DNA from: Vicugna vicugna
Taxonomy: Eukaryota
Assembly: GCA_013265495.1 (NCBI GenBank)
Contig: MU058423.1
Span: 199,061 to 263,060, forward strand
Length of the DNA: 64,000 nt
Direction of reading: 5' to 3'
Shown here: positions 23,978 to 38,316 of the stretch, piece by piece
How the letters are laid out: each line of letters starts with the position of its first letter
Numbering within the stretch: the stretch's first letter is position 1
Position numbers and translations under genes: made by a program
The notes under the pieces: generated by a model
Databases searched by the model: none
Seen by the model: the letters and a program-made list of their open reading frames with translations, nothing else
Told to the model about the DNA's origin: nothing

Positions 23978-25199
23978 CTGTGTGAGACAATGTTTGAGCA
24001 AGTTATGTGTAGGTCACATAGAAACTTATTGCTTAGAGCCCAAATGCATGCCTTAAGCCATCCTTAATCTTACCAACTCTACATGAATAATTAATATCAC
24101 CAATAGTAATTTACAGTGGTGGTTTAAATTCACAGAACACTTAAATTTAAGAATTCTCTTTCCTTGCCAGGAAAAACTGATTTTTAATTAAAAAACATTT
24201 ATTATGTGCTTACTGCATTCTAGGCACTGTGTGCTAAGTCACTGTGAACAAATACAAAGACCTTAAAATAAGATTCCACTTCTTAAAAGTATTAAAATAA
24301 TCAAAATAAAATCAATGAATGTTAGTTTTTCTCTGTGAAAACCAAGGAATTTTAATGGGTCCTAATCCTTTACACATTTCTCCATCTATACTGTCATTAA
24401 TATTGGTTAAGTAGAGATCTGACCAGGTGCAGGAAAGCTTTATTAAGGGTTAAAGACAACATTGAAAACAACTATTATACTGGCAAACCAAGCTACAAAA
24501 ATAAGACAAAAGCAGTTCTGAGAATGTAAAGTGGAGTGCAATAATTATGATGACAATTAGCAAGAAGGAGGAGGATTACACAAGAGACAGACTAACCATT
24601 CAACGACATGTAAGGCTCAGGAAGTTTTGGCAACTTACACGATAGGTTCAGTCACCTTAATATGGCTACAAACTGGCCAGACAGAATAGGATCAGAGTAT
24701 CCTTTTGTTAAGTGCATTTGAACAGGGTCTTGAAAATAGGAGTTGTTATCTACGTGAACAAGGTAGAGAAGGGTATCTAGCAAGGGGATAAAAAGTACAA
24801 GAGAATGAAACACAATTGATTTAGTTTAGGGAAGAACAAAGAACTCACTGCAAATGGGTACATGTGGAAGACAGTGCAGCAAAAGACACTGCTATGAAGT
24901 AAGTTGGAGATAGACTGTGAAGAGCAAACCACCTTAAAAACCATGTTAAGAATTCAGACTTTACCCTATTATAGGTGAGGAGACTCAGGGAAAAAAGGGA
25001 ATGTTGCAGCAAAATTACACTTGTGTTATGAAAAAAATAAAGTGGAGGAGCTGAAATTAAGAGTATAATGCTAGAACAGTAATCCAGGTAATGTGCGCTT
25101 CCTTCATCTAGTCCATACTACCAGGAGACATTTGAAAAAGGAATGTTTTATCTCTATAAAGCAGAAGAGAAGAAAGAAGCAATAACCTGCACTACTCTA

Positions 25200-25405
25200 G
25201 CTATTATGTATTGACTCCTAACTGTGTGTTAGACCCTATATAAAACATTTTACTTATTACTTATATTATCTCATTCAATCTTTGTAAGAATTCTGAGATA
25301 GGGACTACTGTTAATCCTGTTTTACAGATGAGAAAACTGAGGCTTGAGGCAATTTAATAACTTCTCCGTGTTCATATATCTAGTAGTAGAAGCTAGGATC
25401 TGAAT
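25200..25405 (-). mobile_element. MIR SINE
   Basis: ttttacagatgagaaaactgaggct core; other MIR relics near 1240-1350, 5670-5830, 22590-22770, 52940-53140, 62040-62230, 63630-63750. Confidence 0.7.
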
Positions 25406-26459
25406 TAAATTAAAATTCCAAAACTAAAACCTCATTCAACACGCATAATGCCTCCCAATGTGATGCTCTACCAAAAAGTTAGAAATTCCCTGTTCCAGGA
25501 AGAAGCAAAGTGTCTCATTAGGGACTTACTCTCCTAAGATACCATTAGAAGAGTATAAAAACAGCCAAGCTCCATCTAGGTAGAAACTATGATCCTATTA
25601 GCAACAGAAGGAATTCCCTGAGCAGTATGAACCCACTACACAGCTTGTTTAAGGGACAAAAATATACCATTTTAAAACGCAACTCTTGCTAATCGTTATT
25701 AAAGTAAGACTTAATAATAGAGGTACAATTATGTACTGATATTCTCAGTTATCAGTAACTCTTTAACCCAACCTTAGAGTTAGTTGGGCTTAAGAATTAA
25801 ATCACCCTGAATTTTGAAAATCAAATCTGCTAGGATATCTGAAGACTTCAATCCAGATAGGTATCAAATAAGTTAACAAGCTCTTTATTCACCTGCCTGT
25901 CAGTCCCAACACCAGCATTAGAAATCTACTTTGCTTCGTTAATAACATTTGGCCATTGTGTTTTATTTACTTGATTTAAAAACTCTTGCATTACTGTAAA
26001 TAAAAAAATAAATAAAACAAGCCCATTCATGTAGCTTTCTTCACAACTAAGAGTTAACTTAAATACATATGTACAGATTTAAATGAGATAATATACATAA
26101 AAGGCCCTAAGTTACAGTAGCTGCTATATAGTCATGTCTTAACATTTATTTTCTTCTTCCCTAGAACTGCTGTTTGATAATTCCTGGAAAGATCTTGGGT
26201 TATCTCTGAAAGAGAAAAATAACAAGCAAGCAGGACACTTCATATGACTATCCTTTATCACCCCAGAATAGTTCTCTGTTTGACTACAGTACTTCTCCAG
26301 AAAGGAGGCTTTTATTTCTACTCACTTCTATTTCTATTCACCATCAATTTCCCTTTGCATCTACATACAGTTGCTCCTTATTTCTAATATCAGAACAAAT
26401 ACCAATTTGCAGGTTGGGTCTAAAATGTGTCGTTTTTAACATGGCCTATTAACATGTTA

Positions 26460-26729
<270 letters not shown>

Positions 26730-27135
26730 CTAAGTTATTCTGACTTTCATTTTTCATTTTTTCATCTTGGAGTAGAAAACTATGCCTATTCTGTTCATGG
26801 GAGCCTCTTCCACAAATGGACGGGCAGTCGAGTTATGCAATTAACTCAAGTGTTACTAACCAAACCCAAGTAAAACTCAGATTTTCCACTAAGTACTTCA
26901 TTAATCACTTATTCTCACTCAATGTAAGAGTAATTTTTTAAAAGATAGATTATGAAATCTTAGATTTTGAAGAAATCTAAATTGATCACGTCCAAATCCC
27001 TCATTGTGCAGGTAGGGAACGAAAAAGCCTCTAAGTCAAATAACTTATCCCAAGCTAGTTAGATTAAAAACCAAGTCTCAACTGCTGGTTTGGTTTCTTT
27101 CCAATATAGATAAAAGAGAACATCTACTTTCTTAC

Positions 27136-27215
27136 CAGAAGTTTTTAGGCTGAAACTGGTGGCTTTCAATACACGCAATAATGGTCTGTTGCCCATCTAT
27201 AGTTTTAGCATAAAC
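27136..27215 (-). CDS. CAPZA1: CAPZA1 exon 6 (80 nt)
   Basis: AATAG|GTT ... TCTG|GTAAGA; VYAKTIDGQQTIIACIESHQFQPKNFW. Confidence 0.96.
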
Positions 27216-28442
27216 CTATTGTTAAAAAAAAAAAGTTAGACTCTTGAAGACATAGTTAAACAACAGATACTGTACAAAAGCAGTGTGCTAAATCCTTGGG
27301 GGAGATGAAGTCAGACAGGATGAACTTACAACTCCTAAGAGGTCATGGGATACGAACACAAAGCACAACCTAAGTTCTAGAGGAGATAGTGGTACAATGA
27401 ATACAGAAGGAAATACTGCTCCTGGTTTAGGGTACAAGAGAGAGGTGTCTTTTAGGCTGGACCTTATAAGACAAACGAGATTCTGATAAGCAGAGACTGA
27501 GAATAAAGATGAGTGAGCAGTTTAGGTAAGAAACTAGGAGCTGGTTTCTTTGCCACTGACTGAATGGCAATTAATTCCGTCAGGCCAGAGGTGTGTGTGA
27601 AGTGGACCTGTGGGAGACAACATTGGATTGTAGACGTAGGTCATGTAGTAGAAGATGTAAGGTAAGAAGACTGAATTTTATTCTACAGGTAATGGACTGA
27701 CACCAAAACGGCATGACCAGAACTATTATTTTGGGAAAATTATCAATACTAGTGTACAAGGTAAAATGGAAGAAAAGTTGAAAGTTAGTTAGGAGGCCAC
27801 AGAATTAATCTAGGCAATAAATTAGGGTAGTACCAACGGCTATCAGGATGCAGAGCACCATCAAAAGTCCAGCAATATATTCCAAGTGAGGGGCAAGAGC
27901 AAGGAAGGAGCTGAAGTACTTGCGTGCCTGGATGACTAGAAAGACGGTGGTGTCATTAACAAATTGGGAAGTTCAGATGGAGATGTCCTGCTAGAAGTGA
28001 GAAACATCAACTGTTCCTTAGTGTAGAAGAGGTGAACAGAAATGTAATCACTAAAGAGAAGCCCCCCCCAAAGCTTTATAGTCCACAAAATGCTTTTCAG
28101 TATATTTTCCTTTGGCTCTAATAAATATGGCGAAACATATTGTTATCATCTACAGATGATATTAAACTATGAGTTTTAGAAAAAGAAATACAGCAATGGA
28201 GAATGCCTACATTTATGAAAATAAGTAGAGACACAGTAAGAATAACTAGAGGGTACTGACATAGCAGTCTAAGAAAAGATAATTTCTAGAAGTAGCTTGT
28301 TCTGTGAAGTGCCATACAAAAGTCAAAGGCCAAGAAAAGGACACTGGGTCAGGCACTTCAAGAACCATTAGTAACCTCAGAGAGCAGTTTCTGAGAATAG
28401 GGACTGAAGCCAAAATTCATAAGATTAAGATGTGGACAGGTT

Positions 28443-28623
28443 GGGGGAGGATATAGCTCAGGGGTGGAGTGTATGCCTAGCATGAACAAAGTCCTAGGTT
28501 CGAGTCCCAGTACCTCTCTTTAAATAAATAAGTAAACAAACAAACAAAAAACCCAGTAAATAAAAGCCTAATTACCTCCCCACAAAAACAAAATTACTTA
28601 ATTAAAAATCTTCAAAAAAAAAA
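28443..28623 (+). mobile_element. tRNA-derived SINE, Vic-1-like
   Basis: GGGGGAGGATATAGCTCAG...GGTTCGAGTCCCAGTACCTC...CCTAATTACCTCCCC, poly-A; degenerate TSD aaga.gt.ga.aggt. Confidence 0.88.
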
Positions 28624-29040
28624 GAGGTAGATAGGTAACAAGGAAGGCACTAGTAGGAGTCAAATGCTCCCTGGTTTGGTTGTGTATAAGAGAGAGAGAT
28701 GAGGGAAGGGAGAAAGTGAGGAGAGGGAGGAAGGACAAGGTGGAAAGAGAAGTAACTTACAGGAATTACTATTATGATCGAAGAACTCCCCACCACCCCT
28801 GCAAGGACAGGAGAAATAAAAACATTTCTAGATAAAGAGAACTATATCAGAAGGGAAAACAAAGTCACAATTAAGTATCTTGAAGTAGATAGGATTATAT
28901 GAAATCAAGAATATGGACCATTCTTTCTCAGACTGAAGTACAAAGGAAGAAGGGGAAGATTTGAGCCTCAATCCTATTAAAATGTGGAGAAGTAGATGCC
29001 TGTCTAGGGACAAAGGGAAAGAAAGTTTTGGAACATAGTA

Positions 29041-29273
29041 CAGTTGACCCTTGAAAAACACAGGTTTGAACTATATGGGTCCACTTACATGCAGATTTTT
29101 CTCAACAGTAAATACTACAGCACTACATGATCTGTCATTGGTTGAATTCATAGATGCAAACCATGGAGACAAAGAAACTATGGATATGGAGGGCCTACTA
29201 TAAATTCTACTCAAATTTTCAACTACACGAAGGGTTGGAGCCCCTTACCCCTGCATGGTTCAAGGGTCAACCG
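29041..29273 (+). mobile_element. Tigger2-derived MITE (MER8-like)
   Basis: TIRs cagttgacccttgaa ... ttcaagggtcaaccg, TA at left. Confidence 0.85.
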
Positions 29274-30139
29274 CATATAGAAAATATCACAGGGATTACT
29301 GAAGTGAAATTAAGAATTACTAAGCAGGACAACTGAGGATAAGACACTTTGGTACAGCAGACACTGTTAGAACAATTCCATGACTTTCTGTAGCTCATTT
29401 ATCAGCTAAGAGAAGAGAGAAAAGGACACAGCAGGGTTATTCAGTGTGGAAGCTCTCCAAATTAATAAGTAGTGACAAATTTTGAATAGGTAACAAATTA
29501 TAAGCTGAAAGTATATTTAGGAACGAATAGCCAATTTCTAAAAGAGTGTGTGTATCATGTCTCCCTTTGCAGTACTGAGTTCAAGATGAAATTCTGTACT
29601 TACCCACCATCATGGGTTTTCACCATTATTTAAAAATGAAAAAACAAGAACAAAAATCAAAAATATAGTAATAATTTACACAGAGCTTACCTTGTGTCAG
29701 GTACTTTCTAAGCACTTCATACACATCAATATTATAAGCAACATTTTTCTTAGTAACATATTACATAATTTTACAAAGGAGAAATCATGACAGAATCAAA
29801 CTAATCATATTTTTCCCACCAAGAGGTATTAAAAGAAAGCCAAATTACCCTTGATTTTTAAAAAACTGTTTAAATATTTCTGATTATCCAATGAAATAAT
29901 CTAAACTATGCAGAGGTAGCTTTGTAAAAAGCTTTTTTTGATGGATGTAAGGCAATTTCTCATAAATAAATAAAACAAATGTGAAATAGGATACACTGAG
30001 ATTTAAAAATTTTATGCACTGGGATTTTCAGAAAGAATTTTCCATATAAAATTTTCCATTTATATTCCTTTCAAAAATAATTTAGGGAATAAAATACAGA
30101 AAAGACAGTAACTAAAAAGTGGTGTTTGTGATTGGCCTA

Positions 30140-30466
<327 letters not shown>

Positions 30467-30904
30467 TCACATTTTATAAAACAAAAACTAAAGATAATTA
30501 ACTTTACATTTAATCAGATTTTTCTTTCATAATTGATTTTTCAATCAATTCAATTTCTTATAAAAATATTATGTTTATGGGTTCATAAATTTATTTCAAC
30601 TCTAAACTGCAGTATTTCCCTCATCCTAATGATACCCTTCATTTCTTGGTTTCTGTTTACTATACTACCTATGTGTATACTATATACACAGCTGTAATAA
30701 CATATGTACACTTCTGTATTCTTTTCACATATTTTATGAACCTTTTCCAAAGTCATAATATTTAGCATTTAAAATAGGTAATACAGTCATATTCAGAAAT
30801 GAAAAAAATATATATAAAGTGAAATTTTTTTCTCCTTTATCTCCCATCCACCAGATTCTAGCAAATTTCCCCTTCCTCACAAAAGTAACTGATTTTATTA
30901 ATTT

Positions 30905-31125
30905 AGAGCAAGACTTGGCAAGCCATGCATGCAATGCCACCTGTTTCTGTAACTGAAGTTTTGTTGAATTCAGCCCCACTTGTTTGTTTGTAACGTCTAG
31001 TGCTGTCTATGGATGTTTTCCTGCTACAACAGCACAGTTGAGTAGTTGGGACTGACTCTACGTCCCACAAAGCTGAAAATAATTTACTATTTGACCCTTT
31101 ACAGAAAAAATTTGCCAATTTCTAA
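30905..31125. mobile_element. hAT-Charlie MITE (MER58-like)
   Basis: ttggcaa ... gctacaacagcacagttgagtagttg ... ccctttacagaaaaaatttgccaa. Confidence 0.72.
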
Positions 31126-32211
31126 TTTACAGAATTCTTTCAGTGTTTTGTTTTTTTTTTTAAACCAAATACAAGCAAACATTCTAATTCTCCACCCCTT
31201 CTTTTATACAAAAACTACCATATGATACTGTACTTTTCCTTTAAAAAAATTTTAATATACCTAGATCTTTCCATGCTGGTACTTGAAGAACTTCCTTGTT
31301 TTTTATTACAACTATATGACTCCACTGTATAGATGTACCTAAATTTATTCAACCAGTCTCCTATTAATGGATAGTTGGGTTGTTTCCAAACTTTTCCTAT
31401 TATGAACAATACTGCAACAAATGTCCTTGAATGTTCATTGTGTGCAAATTATGCACATGTGCTAAGCATACTTGTGGGATAAATTCCCTGAAGCGGGACA
31501 ATTGGGTCAAAGGGTAAATGTATTCATAATTTTGGTAGAGACTGACAAACTGCCCTCTCTCATAGGATGTTGTACCAAGTTACAAGCCCATCATCAAAGC
31601 AGAAATTTTAACTGGCATTTCTTTTCACCTTAAAAAAAAAAAAGTCATTTATATTTCCTCTTCTGTGAACTGGATGTTCCTATCTTTTGCCCACTTTTCT
31701 ACTGAGTCTCTGGTCTTTTTCTAGTTGAACTCTAGAGATCTTTTACATGTGTTTTGAGTATAGTTGATTTTCTGTTATATGCAGTGACGGCATCTACTTT
31801 AATAACTCAAATATCTTTCCTTATTTTCCTTATGTGTCTAAGTAATACTCTGTTGTTGTTATGGCTAAGAATGTGCTCTCCTTTTGACTACATTTTTAAG
31901 CTGGCTACCACTGGTATACAGGAATGTTCTTATATAACGTATCTGGACACAGCCCTTGTTATTTCAATAATTATTCTGTATTAGTAAAGAATACAATATT
32001 AGCTGTAAGCAGTATTTTTCATTTGTTTTTCTAGTATGTTTTATCTTTTATACTTGTAATTAATCTATTGTCATTGAGAAATTTAAGCACAAATATAAAC
32101 CAAAACAAACAAAAACAACAAGCGAAAACAAATTCCTGTAATCCCAATACAGAGAATTAACATTTTGGTGAATATTTACCCACATTTCCATGTCTATGCT
32201 TATCTATATAC

Positions 32212-32408
32212 TACTTTATTTCTGAGTCTTAAGATGCATACGTTCCTCCCAACCCCTCAATTTAACATCTCATAAAATGAGATACATCTTACACTTGACA
32301 TCATCTTAGGACTGTGTCACAGTTGTCAGTGTTTTTTCTTTCTTAGTGGCTCATAAAATTATGATGCATCTTTCATAGGATTTAAGATGTATTGATTCTA
32401 ACACAGTA
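32212..32408. mobile_element. Tc2-type DNA transposon relic (MER104-like)
   Basis: taagatgcat...tttaacatctc...gatacatcttaca...ttcttagtgg...atgcatctt. Confidence 0.5.
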
Positions 32409-33015
32409 TAACTTTTCTTTAAATATCTATTTAAAAAAATTAACTAGCATAATTCTACATGTTTATGTTTTAGCTTAATATAGCATGAAAATCTTCCCAC
32501 TTCAATATTTCTATCAGTTTTCAATAGCCACACAGGATTCTGGCCTACAGATATTTAATTTAATGTTAGACATTTAGATTGTTTCCAGTTTTTCACTATT
32601 ATAAACCTTGTTTCAGATAATCTTTTTACACATTTATATGCTTATTTCCTTAGGATAAATTCTGTGTGGACTTGTAGGTTCAAACAAGATTCAAGACTTT
32701 TAAAAGGCATTTGGTATTTGGTGTGATACTGCCTTTGAAGTACACATTAATGGATTTGCAAATCCCTGTCATATAATAACTGCAGTAATAATGAGAATAT
32801 GTAATTTGCTTTGTTCCTGTATCTGAACAGGAATTCCTGTTTTCCCATCTTAAATATGTCTCCTGTTATTCTTACCAAGGAGAATTAGACAGCTAGAAAA
32901 GTTGTATGTAACTCAACTTCCTTTATTTCACTACAAAAGCTAAGAAAACTAAGACATGAATTTATTCAGCACCATCTGTTCTACAGAGTTTCTACTACCT
33001 TCCACGCAAAGTCTA

Positions 33016-33144
<129 letters not shown>

Positions 33145-36100
33145 TTATATATAAATAAATACAATAGGTAGTTTATGTAACAGTGAAAGAAAATGTGAAA
33201 ACACTTCCTGGAGCTTTTTCCCTTTCTCTCCAGATAACTGATGTTATCATAATGCCTTCAGCTTTCTGAAGGAAGTCCTCCATAGAGATCTCAGAAGTAC
33301 CCCAAGCTCTGAAATTACCTTTCCCTCTCCACTCCTAAGCTCCAATAGAGTTGACACTTGGACAATTCCTAAGTTTTAAGCAATCTTACTGCGAATTACC
33401 AAAAGTTTTACTCATTTAGACAGACATTTTCAGTAATTTAAAAGAATCTTCAGTTGATGCACTGTTTTAGAAATAGCCTCTTCTTTATTCTGGGCTCTCT
33501 GAGGCAAAGCAGAGGAGAGACCATAATAAAATATACTGAAAGGCATTTGACATGAGAAGAGGGTGAGGTGAGAGTTGAGCATGAGTCAAATCTCAGAGGA
33601 GAGGGTAGAGTAGAGGCTATTAACAAAAGGGATATGAATAAATAACCAAAGTACATGTCTAATATTATTGCTTGTTTATTTGTCCAGTGTTAGATTTATT
33701 AAACTGTATTTTCTATGGCTCTCTAGTATATTTCACACAGTAATCTAAAATGCAAAATAAGGCAAAAGAAAGACTGAAATACGCTGCAGTAAAAGAAAGC
33801 ACAATTCTAGTATCAGTCTTTTCCCAGAACCTATTTGCCAAGGGAAAGAGTTAAACATGTCTCCAGCCCATTTTAATTGATTAAGATATCTGTTAGGCCA
33901 CTGGTTTTAAGCAGAGCATTAAGCTCTTTCTAGACTCTTCAAGAGAAACCAGAGTAACAAATATTTAAACTTCTTCAAATATTTAAGGCTAATCTTCAAT
34001 TTTCTCATTTTAAGTTATTGCTGTGCTTAAAATTTTAAATAAGTCATTTCCTTAATCACCACATCCCCATGTAGCAAAATGAGTCCTAAGCACACTGTCT
34101 CTTCAGAAAGGAATATAAATTAAACATTCACGGAAAGTGGATTAAACAATACAAAAAAAAAAAAAAAAAAAAAAAAACTAAAGAAAAAAAAGGAATAGAG
34201 AGTAAATATTCCACTACAGGATATGTCGTAAGACCATAGATTACAAACACTAACACCAAAATGTGTTACCACCTTATCCCATCTCAAGTAAATGGTATTT
34301 CCAGTCCACCAGTTGCATATGCCAAAAATTTGGAATTATCCTTGATTCTTCTTTCACACCTCACATCCAGTCAATCAGTAAATCTTGCAGATTCTACCTT
34401 GAGCACATATTCAGAATCTGACTCCTTCCCACTATCCCACAATGACCACTCTAGTCCAAACCACCACCATTTATCTCTGAACTACTCTAGTAGTCTTCTA
34501 AATACTCCTCTTACATCAATCTTTGTTCCCCTGCACAGAAGCCAGTGATAATTCTAAAATATAAGTCTCTCTGCTCAAAACTCTCTAATAACTTTCTATC
34601 TCTCTCAGAATAAAATCTACTCTTTAACATGGTCCACCACACCCTACGTAATCCAGAAGTGTTAGGAATTATCAGAGAATGGTTCTAGTGATCAGAAGCA
34701 CAGGTGAAAATCTAGGTAAAGAGGGTAAATCTTCTTTCAGGAGTCATTCAGGATTCCTTCATTTCATATAGAAGGTAATAATGATGATGGTGATTACTAA
34801 AACATTTACTGAACACTTACTATGAAAACTATGGCCAAGGAATTGAAGTACCTCATTACAGAAATAAAACTGAACTCTTCATCACTACAGAAAACCAAAT
34901 ATTTGGACATAAGACAATTCTTCTTTAGCAAGAAGGTGCTCCAAGAATCTAGAGAGTCTGTAAGAACCAGAATATTTATAAATACAAAGCATTGTTGTCA
35001 GCGCAATTGAAGCATCTGAATACATACTAAATTCTAATGTCACTCCTAATTGGAAATGGGACAATAAGCTTCGCATGCAGTCACCCTTAGGTCCTATCAT
35101 TCCACTCCTACCCTCGATTTCAGTAATACCTTATCAAATGGAGTGCAGAGTAAATTTATTTTGGGTGGCTCTCAAGAATGAAACTAAGACCAACATGGCA
35201 GGCAAATCAAAGAACTTGCCTTGTGAAATAGTAAATTCCTTATTATTAGAAGCATTCTGACTGGATAACCATCTGTTAATAGAATGTAGATGAGATTCTT
35301 TCAATGAAAGGGCAGAGGGTAGACAGGGGTGCAAATAGCAAATCATGAGCATCTTTTTCTATAGCAGATTCTATCCATCGAAGAGAAACCAGTGCTAGAA
35401 AATATCTTTAGGATGTGCCTAAATCAATGTAATATAAAAGGTCAATGTATATAATTGGGGCATCACTCATCATGACAATTATAGTGACACTGTGCCAATT
35501 TTACAATTGCAGGATTTGGTTCTAAACTAGCACTATAGCTAGGGCAGAAGAAGACTGTTTCCCAGGCAGCAATTCTTAAAACATGTTCTATAGTTAAAGT
35601 CTAAACCAATTAAACATCAAACCAAATGCCTTTATGATAATTATTTGTTGCTCTGCATCAAAGTCTTTGTTCCACCTCCCCACCCCACTCTTGCACATCA
35701 TTATCCAATTCTGGTTTCCTCTACAAGGGAACTCTGGGCCAGCTGGATAGATAGTAACTGAAAAAAGCACTCTGTATTGAAGTAAAGCAGAGTAGCAATA
35801 AAGCCAGAGAATGGGGGTGGAGTGGTCACGGGAGCTGGAAAGCTACACAGCGTTTAGATTTGAGGAAGACAAAAAACCCAACCTACCAACTAACCAACAA
35901 AACACCCATTTAATGCTTTTGAGGACAAGGACAAAATGAAAATGATACTCTAGAAAGACTAATTAGCCTGATAGTGATAAGGAATCAGTGAGTAGAATAA
36001 CCATGCTATTAGTCTACGGTTAACTCTATTAAGGTACTTTATGAATATCAGCCATTCTTTGGTAATGTGAGAAATGTGATCATTCCTCAATAGCAGCCTA

Positions 36101-36326
36101 CTCTTTCTGTAACTAGCAGTTATAAGTAAGATCATATATTATAAGTTTTAAGGAAGTAAACAACATTTGGCGGTAAAAGGGTTTCTCCAAGGGGGGAAAA
36201 AAGTTGTTAAAACTGACTGCTTTATTTTGAAGTATTTTAAACTTAGTTTTCAGGGTACTAGTTTACCATCAACATGGTTTACTCAATATTAGAATACGAT
36301 GTTAATGGATTTAGAAGGCTACTTAC

Positions 36327-36378
36327 TGTGCTGCCCCTTCCCTGAGGAGATTGTCATTATTAAGTAGTAGCCGGACAT
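36327..36378 (-). CDS. CAPZA1: CAPZA1 exon 3 (52 nt)
   Basis: TACAG|ATG ... GCACA|GTAAGT; DVRLLLNNDNLLREGAAH. Confidence 0.96.
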
Positions 36379-38252
36379 CTGTAGAGGAAAACAATGATAA
36401 AGATGTTAAAATTAAAATGTTCAGTAGAAGGCAAACTTGAAATTTTAGCAGATTTCTAGGTTAGATTTTTAGAAAATCAGGCTTTGCAAGATTAGTCTTT
36501 GGATATAATATATACACAGAGATACTAAAAGTGTACACAAAGACATGCTCATGTTCATAGATTTGCATAGGTTTGTGGTACAATAATCCAACAAATTCTC
36601 AAGGAATTCCAAAACAAATGAAAAATATGTTTTATAGAACATTACAGTTAGGATTATTAATTTTGTATCTAAAAAATCCTTTCAAATTAGATTAAGAATT
36701 GTACCATTTTCTATACCATCAGACCAAGAAAGGTGGGCACAACTCAGTCAGGGGCAGTCAAATTGCTGACTGTATTTTCCTTTGGAGAATCTAATGTGAG
36801 GGCCTATACTATCTTTTTAAAAGGCTGTGAGTCAAGAGTCTAGTCATTTTTCTTTAGGAAGAGGAGGGTCCTTATTACTAAGAAATGACCAAGCATTAAC
36901 TCTAAGAGAGAAGGCTAATTATATATAAGCTAAAGGCAATGGACTCTTAGAGTTTCTGAAAGGCCTGGCAGAGGCCAATGTGTAGCGTGCCAATAAAAAC
37001 CAGCCCTCATGCCACAAGTAGCTTGCCAACTCTTAATCTAATGCTTTGGTATCAATTATTCTTATAATATTCCTGTACAGTACATTCAGTTGTCAGATAT
37101 AAAACAAGGTACTTCTAACTACAAAGGGTATTAATTTTTAAGTCAAGAATTTATCTGAGCTAATCAGCTGGACAAAGTTCAAGTCGAAGGAGAATTTCTA
37201 AAAGCTCAGTTGCTGAAAATTTATATTTGGTCAATATGAAAGAAACATGAGGGAAAGAACAGCTGCATGTTTGTCTTGCTGTTAGTGCTCAAAAACTGAC
37301 ACATAATTGTGTCTATAAGAATGTCTAGATTTACTTCTGTTGTATTATTTTACCCCTTGTAAATAATATTTATATATCTTCCCAGTAACTTTCCCTTTGC
37401 ATCATTAATTTTAACCAATGGGGATTACTGATGTGGGACTCTGGGCCAGATGCACACAGTTCCTCTAAGCAGGTAATCTTCTAACATAAAACCAGAATTT
37501 CAAAGTAAATATTCACTAAACTGAACCAAAATGCACAAAGACTATGATTTTACTGAAGGGGAACTTTAAGATGAATTCATTTATAACTTAAATAGGGATT
37601 ATGATAAGTGATATTATCATGAAGTTCAAGATGCCTCATCTACATTTTTTATTCTGTAAGTTTTGTTAAGACAGTGAATAGTATGGAAGGTTGTAAGTAT
37701 ATTGGAATAGTGGTTCCCAAACTGGCTGTGATTCAGAATCACCTGGGAGAACTTCATAAAACAGATTACCCATCTCATGCCAGATAAAACAAATGAGAAT
37801 CTTAAAGAGGATGGTAACATTGGAATCTGTATATTTAACAGGCTTCCCAGATACAGTTAGTTCAGTCCCAGTAGCTCTACAAAGTGCCTATGCTATGGCA
37901 CTTACTGAGTAAAAGCACTGAGGGGATTTAAGCTATGATTTATAATGACAGATATAAACTATGAAAACAATTTAATATCATTTCTACATTTATCGATATT
38001 AAACTACTTTAAGTCTTTTCTCACATAAGCTAGGTATCCTAATTTATGGGTTAAGAGAATGCTTTTCACTCAGACCTGGGTTTAAAACCTAGCTCTGACA
38101 CTTTCTGGGTGATATTAGATAAGTTATTTAACTTCTCTGAATCTTGATTTCCCTAGCTACAATGTAAGGATTAAAGAGACAGGAAGCACTCAATAAGTGC
38201 TTGTATGTAATTAAAGAGGGTTTAAAATAACTAAATACTAATCTTTACTCAC

Positions 38253-38316
38253 CATTGAACACTTCATTGAATTCCCCTGGGGGTGCATGAGTGATGAATT
38301 TAGCAGCTATGCGTAC
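38253..38316 (-). CDS. CAPZA1: CAPZA1 exon 2 (64 nt)
   Basis: TTTAG|GTA ... AATG|GTGAGT; VRIAAKFITHAPPGEFNEVFN. Confidence 0.96.

Noticed and set aside
28443..28520. tRNA-like sequence (also at 9512, 11570, 47465)
   Set aside because: Followed by SINE body, A-rich tail and TSDs; these are SINE heads, not tRNA genes.
34141..34192. ATTAAA followed by a long poly-A tract
   Set aside because: No TSD or recognisable retrocopy upstream; treated as a simple A run.
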